NCBI GenBank assembly: GCA_017134395.1
Contig: CP070993.1
Span: 189,656-253,655 of the forward strand
DNA from: Candidatus Kaiserbacteria bacterium
GTDB taxonomy: Bacteria; Patescibacteriota; Minisyncoccia; Phycocordibacterales; UBA2100
Direction: 5' to 3'
DNA length: 64,000 nucleotides
Of this stretch, positions 28,870 to 38,795 are shown in pieces. The notes beneath the pieces were generated by a model. It worked only from the letters and a program-made list of their open reading frames with translations. It was not told where the DNA came from and did no database searches. Position numbers and translations under genes: made by a program. The first letter of the stretch is position 1. Each line of letters starts with the position of its first letter.

Positions 28870-29419
28870 TACTATTCCTCACAAATTACAAGCTGTGCTT
28901 TATGCGCACGGTGGCGAAATGAAGAAAAGTCAAATACTGACTGTCCTCAGTATTAGTTCAAGTCATCTTATCGAGGCACAAAAAACGCTCCAAGAAATTA
29001 TTGCAGGGCAGGGGATAGAATTATTTGAGACTGACACCACGCTATCTCTGCGAACTGCAACACAGTATGTAGATTTTTTGAAGGAGCTGCGGCAAAAAGA
29101 TGATGAAAAAGACATCGGAACTGCAGCGCTTGAGGTGCTATCCATAGTTCTGTACAAGAACGGTACGTCTCGTAGTACAATTGATTATATTCGCGGGGTC
29201 AATTCAAGCGGTACACTGCGTCAGCTTGTTCTACGTGGACTGTTAGAGCGATCACGCAGTACGACAGATACACGGGCATGGGTTTACACTGCTACCCCCG
29301 AATTGCTTGCTCATATAGGAATTTCCTCATACCATGAGCTTCCTGAGTACTCAGAACTCTCGTCTGCACTAAACGAGCAAGAGCAGCTGGAAATTCAACA
29401 ATTACACGATGAACAATAA
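28862..29419 (+). CDS. scpB: Segregation and condensation protein B
   Basis: AALEVLSIV.Y, I.YIRGVNS...L..L..RGL, Y..T..LL..G; overlaps scpA. Confidence 0.93.
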   Translation: MDNTIPHKLQAVLYAHGGEMKKSQILTVLSISSSHLIEAQKTLQEIIAGQGIELFETDTTLSLRTATQYVDFLKELRQKDDEKDIGTAALEVLSIVLYKNGTSRSTIDYIRGVNSSGTLRQLVLRGLLERSRSTTDTRAWVYTATPELLAHIGISSYHELPEYSELSSALNEQEQLEIQQLHDEQ

Positions 29420-30326
29420 TTCAAATGCATTCTTAAGATATATGGCGCTATTTTCACTTATAGGTGGGGTGGGACTAATAGCAAGTTCACTAAATATTTT
29501 CTTTACCCAAGCAGCAGCAACACAGCAAGCTTCAGTAGTGCTAGCAGTAGAACAACCATATGATTTCTCTGACACTACTGTCATGGCAAAGAGTGCGTAT
29601 GTTTTTGATATAAACGAAGGAAAGGCACTTTTCAAAAAAAATGCAGAAGCTCAGTTACCATTAGCGTCAATCGCAAAAATTCCTGTTGCACTATTGGCTA
29701 AAAAATATCTTGATCCAGAAGAAATGATTACGATTACTCCATATGCGCTGACACCAGAAGGCGACTGGGGATTTACAATAGGTGATTCATGGAGAGTACG
29801 TGATCTGATTGATTACACACTGATGACATCATCTAATGATGGCGCAGCAGCTCTTGCTGAAAGTATTGAAATAGAAACAGGGAAGAAAATAGTGACGCTG
29901 CTAGACGAACAAGTAAGCGAAATTGGATTACAACAAACGTACTTCCTTAATGAAACAGGTTTAGATAGCAGCATTGCATTCAGTGGTGCGTATGGGTCAG
30001 CACAAGATATAGGAGCACTCTTTGCTCATGCGTATGCTGTTGCACCCGATACACTCATGGCCACTGCAATCTCAGAACGTACGTATTACAGTGCAGAAGG
30101 GTTGGAGTACGAAGCAAAAAATACAAATAAGGCAATTGGGCAGCTTCCTGGTCTTGTCTTCGGAAAAACTGGTTTTACTGATTTAGCTGGGGGTAATCTT
30201 GCTGTTGTTACTGAATCAGAACCAGGACATCCTTTTGTAATTGTTGTGTTAGGCTCAACGCTCGAAGAGCGCTTCAATGATGTTGTGAAATTAACACGCG
30301 CAACACTGCGCACCCCTGCTAAATGA
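29409..30326 (+). CDS. D-alanyl-D-alanine carboxypeptidase (S11)
   Basis: SxxK (ASIAK), SxN (SSN), N..GLD, KTG (KTGFT). Confidence 0.92.
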   Translation: MNNNSNAFLRYMALFSLIGGVGLIASSLNIFFTQAAATQQASVVLAVEQPYDFSDTTVMAKSAYVFDINEGKALFKKNAEAQLPLASIAKIPVALLAKKYLDPEEMITITPYALTPEGDWGFTIGDSWRVRDLIDYTLMTSSNDGAAALAESIEIETGKKIVTLLDEQVSEIGLQQTYFLNETGLDSSIAFSGAYGSAQDIGALFAHAYAVAPDTLMATAISERTYYSAEGLEYEAKNTNKAIGQLPGLVFGKTGFTDLAGGNLAVVTESEPGHPFVIVVLGSTLEERFNDVVKLTRATLRTPAK

Positions 30327-30327
30327 T

Positions 30328-31389
30328 ATGGAACTTCTAAACATTATTAAGATAATTACTCCAACACTTGTAGCCTTTACAATTGGAATTCTTATTACAC
30401 CTTTGCTAACAAAGCAGTTATATCGACACGGTGCCTGGAAGAAGAAGCCTGGCAAGCAAACACTAGAAGGAACGGAAGCAATTGAATTTAATAAGCTCCA
30501 CAAAGAACGAGAACGTGAAGTACCACGTATGGGAGGTATTATTATTTGGATGAGTGCACTTATAACCATCTTCGGATTTTGGTTTGTTTCGTTCATCTGG
30601 CCATCAGCAGAAACTATAAAAATGGACTTCCTCAGTCGTGCACAAACATGGATACCACTATTTGCACTTGGTACCGGTGCGTTAGTAGGTCTTCTGAATG
30701 ATATATTGGACATCTATTTCAATGGTAATGGCCTTTCTCTAAGGCGGCGCCTTACAGTGGTAATTGGAGTCGCACTCTTCATTGGTTGGTGGTTTTATGA
30801 AAAATTGGAAATTATATCTGTGGGAGTACCTTTTGGTGAACCTATCGAGATTGGATGGTTGATTATTCCATTCTTCGTCCTGGTGACTTTGGCAATCTAT
30901 GCAAGTGGTATTATCGACGGTATCGACGGATTAGCAGGGGGGGTGTTTGCTATGATTTTTACCGCGTATTCAGTCATCGCACTAGCACAAAACCAAATCG
31001 ATCTTGCGGCATTTTCTGCGATGCTTGTTGGAGCAATCTTGGCATTTTTATGGTTTAACATACCACCGGCTCGTTTCTTTATGACAGAAACAGGAACCAT
31101 GGCTCTCACTCTTACGCTCGCTACGGTAGCCTTTATGACAGATACGTTAGGTGATGGTATAGGTATTGCCGTTCTCCCAGTGATTGGCTTCCTACTCGTT
31201 GCTACTGTTGCAAGTGTGATTCTTCAGGAATTCTCAAAAAAGGTTTGGAAACGAAAACTCTTTAGAGTTGCCCCCCTACACCACCATTTTGAAGCATTAG
31301 GATGGCCAAGTACAAAAGTCGCTATGCGGTACTGGGTACTGGGTGCAGTCTTTGGTTTTTTTGGTGTCGTCTTAGCACTCATCGGATAG
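30328..31389 (+). CDS. mraY: Phospho-N-acetylmuramoyl-pentapeptide transferase (divergent motifs)
   Basis: P.MGG, DGIDGLA, FLWFN.PPA, APLHHHFE..GW; upstream of ftsW-murG. Confidence 0.92.
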   Translation: MELLNIIKIITPTLVAFTIGILITPLLTKQLYRHGAWKKKPGKQTLEGTEAIEFNKLHKEREREVPRMGGIIIWMSALITIFGFWFVSFIWPSAETIKMDFLSRAQTWIPLFALGTGALVGLLNDILDIYFNGNGLSLRRRLTVVIGVALFIGWWFYEKLEIISVGVPFGEPIEIGWLIIPFFVLVTLAIYASGIIDGIDGLAGGVFAMIFTAYSVIALAQNQIDLAAFSAMLVGAILAFLWFNIPPARFFMTETGTMALTLTLATVAFMTDTLGDGIGIAVLPVIGFLLVATVASVILQEFSKKVWKRKLFRVAPLHHHFEALGWPSTKVAMRYWVLGAVFGFFGVVLALIG

Positions 31390-31393
31390 GGTT

Positions 31394-32497
31394 ATGCGCG
31401 GCGTCGGAAACAAAATAGACCGACCACTTCTTATAATTATTGCGCTACTTGTATTTGTAGGATTCTTTTTGTTTTCCTCTGCCTCTCTTGGTCTTCTTGC
31501 TCGCGAAGGCGCGCGTTTCTCTTCTGTCGCCTTCAGTCAGCTCGTGCTTGGAATCGGACTTGGATCAGTTGCTCTTTTTATTGTAAGTCGCATTCATTAT
31601 CGATTTCTTAAACAGTATTCAATTTACTTCTTCATTTTCGCCTTAATCCTTACATTGCTTGTTTTTGTACCATCTTTTGGGTTCTCCTCAGGTGGTGCAA
31701 CACGATGGATATCTCTTTTTGGCTTAGTATCTATACAACCAGCAGAAATACTTAAGATTGCTACAATACTCTACCTTGCAACTTATCTTGCAAATATGCG
31801 CGGTAAACTCAGTTCATTTAAAACCGGTCTTATTCCGTTTGCACTTATACTTCTTGTTCCAGCTATCGTCCTTCTTCTTCAACCAGATACGAGCACACTT
31901 GTAGTAATAGCAGCTGCAGCGGTTGGCATGTTTTTTGCTGCCGGTGCTAAATGGCGAGATATTGGAATCCTCATACTTGTCGCCATACTTGCTCTTGGTG
32001 TCCTTGTTACAGCCCGTCCGTATGTGCTCGATCGTATCACTACCTTCATGCATCCAGCACAAGACCAACTCGGGTCTGGTTACCAAATAAAGCAATCTCT
32101 TATTGCTGTTGGTTCTGGAAAAATTGCCGGCCGTGGTTTTGGCCAAAGCGTTCAAAAGTTTGGCTATCTGCCTGAACCAACAGGGGACTCAGTGTTTGCA
32201 GTTGCAGCAGAAGAGTTTGGTTTCATTGGTGCAGTTTTAATACTCGGGCTCTTTGTTGCGCTTGTTATTCGCGCACTATGGGTTGCCGTCCGTGCACCTG
32301 ATTATTTTGGAGGTTTAGTGGTTATAGGGCTTACGCTTCTTATTAGTACACAAGCGCTTATAAACATAGCTTCTATGCTTGGTGTAATACCTCTTACTGG
32401 CTTACCTTTGCCATTTATTAGCCACGGCGGAACAGCCATGCTCGTTATGCTCGCAAGCATGGGAGTAATCTTGAATGTTTCGAAATATGCAAAATAA
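31394..32497 (+). CDS. ftsW: SEDS family peptidoglycan polymerase FtsW
   Basis: GA.RWI, QP.E..K, QPD, YQ..QS..A.GSG, LPE...D..F...EE.G, P.TG.PLPFIS.GG. Confidence 0.95.
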   Translation: MRGVGNKIDRPLLIIIALLVFVGFFLFSSASLGLLAREGARFSSVAFSQLVLGIGLGSVALFIVSRIHYRFLKQYSIYFFIFALILTLLVFVPSFGFSSGGATRWISLFGLVSIQPAEILKIATILYLATYLANMRGKLSSFKTGLIPFALILLVPAIVLLLQPDTSTLVVIAAAAVGMFFAAGAKWRDIGILILVAILALGVLVTARPYVLDRITTFMHPAQDQLGSGYQIKQSLIAVGSGKIAGRGFGQSVQKFGYLPEPTGDSVFAVAAEEFGFIGAVLILGLFVALVIRALWVAVRAPDYFGGLVVIGLTLLISTQALINIASMLGVIPLTGLPLPFISHGGTAMLVMLASMGVILNVSKYAK

Positions 32498-32536
32498 ACC
32501 CTTTGTTAGTGGCCTTCGTGCGGTTATACTAGTGGA

Positions 32537-33676
32537 ATGAAAATCGTTTTTACAGGTGGCGGCACGGGAGGACACTTCTATCCCATTATTGCTGTAGCAG
32601 AAGAAATACACGAAATTGTACAAGACGAAAAGCTCCTCAGTCCTGAACTGTACTATATTGGTCCGAGTGTCTTGGATTATGAAGCCCTTGCTGAACAAAA
32701 TATTACCTGGAAGAAAACGAGTGCTGGTAAAATGCGGCGCTACTTTTCAATACGAAATGCTTTCGACTTAATTAAAGTAACCGTGGGTGTAGTTCAATCA
32801 GTAATACAATTGTTCTTCCTATATCCTGACGTTGTATTCAGCAAAGGTGGCTATGCTGCTTTTCCAACTACGTTTGCTGCACGTATTCTTCGTATACCTG
32901 TGATAGTTCATGAATCAGATGCACATCCAGGTAGGGCAAATGTTATTGCCTCAAAATGGGCTCGAGCAGTCGCCATTTCTTTCCCGGGAGTTTCTGAGTA
33001 TTTCCCTGGAACTGACAGATCTAAATTCGCACTTGTTGGAAATCCAATTCGCCGCGTTCTCTTCAAACCAGCTCGTGAAGGAGCCCATTCATATCTAAAT
33101 CTAAAAGATGACATACCAACACTTCTGATACTTGGTGGCTCACAAGGAGCTCAGACAATCAACTCCGTGGTTCTTGATGCACTACCACAATTACTAGAAA
33201 AGTATCAGGTAATCCACCAAACAGGGAAAGACAACATCGAACATGTACGTGGTATTGCAAGCGTTTCTCTGCGTGATAATCCAAACAAAGATCGATATCG
33301 TCCATTTGGCTTCTTGAACACACTTGCAATGCGTATGGCAGCAGGTATTACCTCTGTTGTTGTAGCTCGGGCTGGAGCTGGAAGTATATTTGAAACTGCA
33401 GCGTGGGGAATTCCTGCAATAATCATTCCATTACCGGAAGATATATCTCATGACCAAACAAAAAATGCATTCGCGTATGCTCGCGAAGGAGCTGCTACTG
33501 TTATGAAACAGAAAAATCTCTCAAAGAACCTACTTATTGCTGAAATCGATCGAATTATGGAAAGTCCTGAGATCCAAGCAGATATGACCGATGCTGCAAA
33601 ACGCTTTGCACAACCAGAGGCTGCAAAGAAGATAGCCCGAATGATTATAAATACCGCACTAAAGCACGAAGAATAG
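32537..33676 (+). CDS. murG: MurG glycosyltransferase
   Basis: GGGTGGH.YP, SKGGY, HESD, GNPIR, GGSQGA, RAG, Q..NA. Confidence 0.97.
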   Translation: MKIVFTGGGTGGHFYPIIAVAEEIHEIVQDEKLLSPELYYIGPSVLDYEALAEQNITWKKTSAGKMRRYFSIRNAFDLIKVTVGVVQSVIQLFFLYPDVVFSKGGYAAFPTTFAARILRIPVIVHESDAHPGRANVIASKWARAVAISFPGVSEYFPGTDRSKFALVGNPIRRVLFKPAREGAHSYLNLKDDIPTLLILGGSQGAQTINSVVLDALPQLLEKYQVIHQTGKDNIEHVRGIASVSLRDNPNKDRYRPFGFLNTLAMRMAAGITSVVVARAGAGSIFETAAWGIPAIIIPLPEDISHDQTKNAFAYAREGAATVMKQKNLSKNLLIAEIDRIMESPEIQADMTDAAKRFAQPEAAKKIARMIINTALKHEE

Positions 33677-33678
33677 AT

Positions 33679-35013
33679 ATGTCAGAAAAAATAATAGTTC
33701 GCTTTCCGCCATCCCCAACTGGAAGTCTTCACATCGGAAACATCCGTACACTTCTTTTTAATTATCTCTTCGCACGACAAAGTGGTGGGGAAGTTGTAAT
33801 GAGGTTTGAAGATACAGACAGAGAGAGAAGCGGTATTGAGCACGAAGCGCTAGCACTCGAGGCACTTAGTGAACTCGGATTAGACTTCGACAAAGGTCCG
33901 TTCCGTCAATCTGAACGAACTCAAAAGTACGTAGACGCACTACAAGCAATGGTCGAAAAAGACCTCGCCTACGTTGCAGAAGAATCAGAAGGGGAGGCAG
34001 GGAAGCATGTCATTCGTTTCCGCAACCCGAATAAGAAAATCACTTTCAACGATTTAGTACGAGGAGAAATAACTATCGACACAACGGACTTTGGTGACTT
34101 TGTGATTGCTCGTTCCGAAACAAATCCTATTTACCATCTCACAGTAGTAGTAGATGATTTAGAGATGGGCATTACTCACGTGATTCGCGGAGAAGATCAC
34201 ATAACTTCAACCCCACGCCAAATTCTTCTCATTGAAGCTCTCGGTGGAACAATACCAACATACGCCCACCTTCCACTTATCATCGGGGACGATAAAAAGA
34301 AACTGGGAAAAAGACATGGTGCGGTAACATATCAAGAATTTCGCGATCTTGGTTACATACCCGCTGGAATTCTTAACTACCTCGCACTATTAGGGTGGAA
34401 CCCTGGAGATGACCGTGAGTTTTTTACCAAAGAAGAACTCATAAAAGAATTTTCCCTTGAACGCGTAAACAATTCTCCTGCGTCGTTCTCGTACGAAAAA
34501 TTTGATTCTGTAAACAAACACCACCTATTAGAACTGCCAACAGAAGAATACAAAGCATATGTAAGTGCATTCCTTGCGGCACATGCTGACGGTTCAAAAA
34601 TAGCAGGACATCCTAATTTCGATGAAATAGTAGAGAGTATATTACGTGAGCGGGTGCACAAATTTTCAGATATTACTACCATGCTTAATGAAGGAGAGTT
34701 TAACTGGATTATTAATCAACCAGTAGTAAAAGCAGAAGATATTCTCTGGAAAGAGACTCCCGCTGAAACTATCAAAAAGCACCTAGAATATGCCTACAAA
34801 ACGCTTGAAAATGCCTCAAAATGGACTCCTGAGAGCATCAAGGAACAATTATGGTCCTATGCTGAGGAACAGGGAAAAGGAGAGGTTTTATGGCCTTTAC
34901 GGTTCTCGCTAACCGGTCAAAAAAAGTCACCCGACCCATTTACTGTAGCTTATATTCTTGGAAAGGAAGAGGTTCTTAATCGTCTACAAAATGGCATACA
35001 GTTGTTAGAATAA
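33679..35013 (+). CDS. gltX: Glutamate--tRNA ligase
   Basis: RF.PSPTG.LHIGN.RT, R.EDTD, VVDD..M.ITHVIRGEDH, KLGKR. Confidence 0.97.
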   Translation: MSEKIIVRFPPSPTGSLHIGNIRTLLFNYLFARQSGGEVVMRFEDTDRERSGIEHEALALEALSELGLDFDKGPFRQSERTQKYVDALQAMVEKDLAYVAEESEGEAGKHVIRFRNPNKKITFNDLVRGEITIDTTDFGDFVIARSETNPIYHLTVVVDDLEMGITHVIRGEDHITSTPRQILLIEALGGTIPTYAHLPLIIGDDKKKLGKRHGAVTYQEFRDLGYIPAGILNYLALLGWNPGDDREFFTKEELIKEFSLERVNNSPASFSYEKFDSVNKHHLLELPTEEYKAYVSAFLAAHADGSKIAGHPNFDEIVESILRERVHKFSDITTMLNEGEFNWIINQPVVKAEDILWKETPAETIKKHLEYAYKTLENASKWTPESIKEQLWSYAEEQGKGEVLWPLRFSLTGQKKSPDPFTVAYILGKEEVLNRLQNGIQLLE

Positions 35014-35019
35014 TTATCT

Positions 35020-36297
35020 ATGATTCTTTCCATTCGAAGTTTATTTGTTGGATTTTTAATCGCCACACTATGGGTACCAGTCTTTAGTGATGCCCAAAAT
35101 GCAGACGATCTTCGAGACAAGATAAACGAACAACAAAGCGAAATCGCTGAAATTGAAACAGAAATCAAAAAGTACGAGCAGCAACTGACTGAAATAGGAA
35201 GAGAGAAACAGACACTTGAAAGTGCCGTTAAAGAACTTGATGTCTCTCGCCAAAAAGTGAGTGCAAGTGTTTCTCTCGCACAGCGTCAAATTAACGCAAC
35301 AAATTCTAGCATCAGTGAACTTTCAGATGATATCGATGCGAAAGAAATACTCATAGGCCAAAATCAGGACGCGTTGGCTGAAACACTTCGCCGGATACAC
35401 GAAACCGAGTCTGGTTCATTCGTTGAGGTAATCCTCGGAAGCGACGATATTTCAAACCTCTGGAATGACCTAGATAGTATCCAGCAATTCCAAATTGTCG
35501 TACGAAACGAAGTGGAAATTCTTGCGGAACAAAAAACACAACTTGAAGACGTTAAAACAAAAAAAGAAATAGAACAAGGTATTCTTGTTGAGCACAAAAC
35601 AGAATTGTCTACACAAAAACGCTCCTTGGATATTAACCGCCAAGCAAAAAACAACCTTCTTAAAGAAACTCAAAGTCGCGAATCTACCTACCAAGAACTC
35701 ATAGCAATTAAACGACAGGCTAAAGAAGAGTTCGAAGCTCAACTGCGAAGTTTTGAAGCTGAATTACAATACATTTTGGATCCGACAACAATCCCACCAG
35801 CAGGGAAGGGTGTGCTCAGTTGGCCTCTTTCAAATGTAACCATTACACAGAATTTCGGAAACACGAAGTTTGCAAGCTCTGGTGCATACAACGGGAGTGG
35901 CCATAACGGGGTAGATTTTCGTGCAGCAATTGGTACACCAGTAAAAGCCACCCTCTCAGGAAACGTAAAAGCAACAGGGAACACAGATGCGTTCAGAGGA
36001 TGTTATTCCTACGGTAAGTGGATACTTATTGAGCACGTAAATGGTCTTGCAACGCTCTATGCTCACTTATCTGATATAAACGTAAGTCCAGGAGAAGCTG
36101 TTGGTACTGGAAAAGTTATTGGCTACTCAGGTAACACAGGATTCTCGACCGGCCCTCATCTTCACTTTACTGTGTACGCCAGTGACGCTGTACAAGTCGT
36201 ACGACTTGGCGACGTTAAATCAAGAACAAACTGCGCAGATGCAAAAATTCCAGTAGCATCATGGAGTGGATATCTTAACCCTCTCGATTATCTTTAG
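35020..36297 (+). CDS. Coiled-coil M23 peptidase (EnvC/murein hydrolase activator-like)
   Basis: Signal/TM, long coiled coil, HNGVD, YAHLS, GNTG.STGPHLHF. Confidence 0.92.
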   Translation: MILSIRSLFVGFLIATLWVPVFSDAQNADDLRDKINEQQSEIAEIETEIKKYEQQLTEIGREKQTLESAVKELDVSRQKVSASVSLAQRQINATNSSISELSDDIDAKEILIGQNQDALAETLRRIHETESGSFVEVILGSDDISNLWNDLDSIQQFQIVVRNEVEILAEQKTQLEDVKTKKEIEQGILVEHKTELSTQKRSLDINRQAKNNLLKETQSRESTYQELIAIKRQAKEEFEAQLRSFEAELQYILDPTTIPPAGKGVLSWPLSNVTITQNFGNTKFASSGAYNGSGHNGVDFRAAIGTPVKATLSGNVKATGNTDAFRGCYSYGKWILIEHVNGLATLYAHLSDINVSPGEAVGTGKVIGYSGNTGFSTGPHLHFTVYASDAVQVVRLGDVKSRTNCADAKIPVASWSGYLNPLDYL

Positions 36298-36896
36298 TAC
36301 GATTTCTAGCAGATAAGTTCTTCAGACACTTTGCGGCGGAATTAGTTTCCTATCCTAGGTTTCTCTGCATACAATGCATCATAAGGAAGTGATGTCGCAC
36401 AATTTTTGGGAGGCAGAAGAGCTCCAAGACAGGCGATAGAGGTATCAAAGTGTACCAAAAGTTTACACGAAGGTTTCAGGGAGTTTCATCCTGATATAGA
36501 GACAGCTTTATAGATAGAAAAATATGCGAATCCGAACAAAAAATTTTGAAAATAAAAAATAGTAAAAGTATAAAAACGAACGTAAAACAAAAGAGTGCAA
36601 AAGAAGTAACAATAGTCGTCGAAAGCGATGGATTAAACCTAATCCGCACATCCGCATCACTACAGCCATTCTTACATTGCGTGATGTCGCAAAAGATATA
36701 TTGTAGGGCGTATAACACTTCTTTCCCGTCACTCTCCTGTTAAAGGAAGACTAGGAAGAAAACATTATATGCTCTACATTTAAGTAGAGTAAATAATGAA
36801 GTATAAACGTCCCACAACCCGACCGAATCCTGTTTCTCATTTTGATGAGGTGTCTGATATCGTGCCTACTGAAAAAGGGGTGTCCTCTACCCTGTC

Positions 36897-37664
36897 TCAA
36901 ATACCTACTGCAAATTTTTGAATAATTCTTTCTGCCTCTATGCGGCCTGTATCCATCAACATGCACTCGCCTTCTCTATATGTAATCAAACGTGTCTTAT
37001 GCAACTTTTCAGTAAGCACCTCTTTCTTAAACCGATGTTCATTTTTATATTCAATTGATTCAAACAACTCAACATCTAGTTGTTCATCTTTATAAAAAAG
37101 CAATACCAGCACCTCTTCCTCTGTCTTCAACCCAGTGTATTGCACCCTAACTAGCGACCCATTTTTCCAAAGCAGTGGAATTTGCCGCTCTGTGATTTGA
37201 TTAACAATTTGTTGAGTATCTTCAATTGATAAATTTGATTTTAATCGAACTATCTCAGATAAGACCCATTTTATAGAATACAGAATCAGCGTAGAGTCCA
37301 TTTCATTTGCTGAAACTAACCCAGGAACATGTCCTACGCCGCGCTTATTGCGAATATTATAGACGCTCCACAAAATCCTTGGGATAAATTGCCTGAACGC
37401 AATATCCCCTGATGCGTCTTGATAACGCTTTATTTCCCTCTCATCAAATCGTATTAGAGACTGAGAAAATGGTGTTCGCTTAAGATTAAGCTCTATCTCA
37501 ATAATTCTGCGTACTACTTCAACAAAGTGACCTGCATCAAGTTCAGACGGCTTCCATTTTCTAATAGCAAAACTGTTTTCAACCTCTGTGTAAGACTGTA
37601 TTAATTTATCAGCAATATCGTTTCCATATGCTGACTGCAAAAATTTATGAACTATCGGATTCAT
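36897..37664 (-). CDS. Putative HEPN-domain protein with C-terminal wHTH-like region (candidate defence/toxin RNase)
   Basis: Helical protein with G.F.E...R and Rx4-6H motif RNKRGVGH; C-terminal H..RLI.Y....C.L..TG...AE. Confidence 0.6.
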   Translation of the reverse strand: MNPIVHKFLQSAYGNDIADKLIQSYTEVENSFAIRKWKPSELDAGHFVEVVRRIIEIELNLKRTPFSQSLIRFDEREIKRYQDASGDIAFRQFIPRILWSVYNIRNKRGVGHVPGLVSANEMDSTLILYSIKWVLSEIVRLKSNLSIEDTQQIVNQITERQIPLLWKNGSLVRVQYTGLKTEEEVLVLLFYKDEQLDVELFESIEYKNEHRFKKEVLTEKLHKTRLITYREGECMLMDTGRIEAERIIQKFAVGI

Positions 37665-38214
37665 CGTTTGAACGAATGGACTTGATTAATTTTACCGCCT
37701 CCTTTTTTCCTGGGTTTGAAAGAGCGGCAACCTGATCCTTTCCCTTTCCTGAAATAGTTATCAGCTTTGGCTGGCTTTTAAGGTGTGCAGCAAAATTCTT
37801 TTTATGAAGGCATCCCTGTTTTTCACACTGAGATCTAATTTTCGACGTTGAGTCTTTTGTTTCGTCACCACCAGTGAGTTTTTCAAGTAAATATAAGTAT
37901 ATTAATGCTGCTTCTTGTGTATTTTTCTTATCATTGTTTTTATGTTGAAGGTCATAAACTAGCCTAATCTCACCATCTACCAACTGGGCGATATCCTCAA
38001 AATCATCGTCTCCTATATGCTCATCGGCGATATCATCCTTATGATTGTCCTTATCTGGAATGTTCTTTACTTTTTTTGTTTTAACCTGCCCAATCGTGTT
38101 ACGAATCTCTTTATCAAAAGACTCTATCATCTCCCTTACAAACTTCTCTGTCCCCATAACCTCAAATATTCCATCGTTGAGAGAGAAGACTGCGTGTGTT
38201 TTTTCCTTTTCCAT
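37645..38214 (-). CDS. Hypothetical protein with C-terminal winged-helix-like region, coupled to the HEPN gene
   Basis: 189 aa; N-terminal FEV.G.E.FV, C-terminal NFAAHLK..L..PGKKEA; 20-nt overlap with the downstream gene. Confidence 0.6.
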   Translation of the reverse strand: MEKEKTHAVFSLNDGIFEVMGTEKFVREMIESFDKEIRNTIGQVKTKKVKNIPDKDNHKDDIADEHIGDDDFEDIAQLVDGEIRLVYDLQHKNNDKKNTQEAALIYLYLLEKLTGGDETKDSTSKIRSQCEKQGCLHKKNFAAHLKSQPKLITISGKGKDQVAALSNPGKKEAVKLIKSIRSNDESDSS

Positions 38215-38311
38215 ATAAAGACATATTCCTACTGTTTAAGGACATTATCAAGTTCAATAGGTGCATAAGTCGTTTGATGTCTTTTTCTTGACCTAAACCT
38301 CTACAGTTTAT

Positions 38312-38330
38312 CTCCCCCCACCCCGCCGCA
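38312..38330 (+). repeat. 19-bp direct repeat, copy 1 (copy 2 at 41011-41029)
   Basis: CTCCCCCCACCCCGCCGCA identical at both positions. Confidence 0.85.
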
Positions 38331-38524
38331 TCCATTGAACACCACGGAACAATCTGATACATTTCTTGTACTGGTTGATGTGTACTGGCCACCACATCAC
38401 TTCCCGCAAGGGCGACACAGTCGGCTAACGCACAAGGTTTAGAGTGTGGGGATGCGCAACAATGATAGCGCTTGTAAAAACCGATCCCCACTATACTCTA
38501 CTCCTTGTGCGTTTTTTGATATCC

Positions 38525-38661
38525 ATATAAAAACCCCCAGGAGGAATCATACGCGTCATCGAAACACACTAGATTCAACTCCCAGGGGTCAGTCCCTGCA
38601 CCTGGTCGCTATTATGCAAGAACTACGAGGGAGGTCCTACCAAAACCTATATCCCTCGCAG
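38525..38661 (-). ncRNA. Candidate ~135-nt structured small RNA
   Basis: Minus-strand TTGCAA-17-TATAAA promoter (38695-38667); three successive hairpins, the last followed by a U-run; no credible ORF. Confidence 0.4.
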
Positions 38662-38795
38662 GTACATTTATACTTGAATGGTTAATGGTTTGCAATGTGT
38701 TTCCCTACCCTGTTGTGGTGTTTGGGTGAAGCTATCCCCATTCGCACATCCACCCTATTGCATTCCACCTACATCGAGGCGTAGTATGCGAGGAT

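Noticed and set aside
36476-36966. Short ORFs at the left end of the island
   Set aside because: Low-complexity, mutually overlapping on both strands, no recognisable motifs; may be decayed DNA
38162-38685. 109-aa and 79-aa ORFs between the HEPN operon and DUF3800
   Set aside because: No motifs or translation signals; they overlap repeats and a predicted RNA structure
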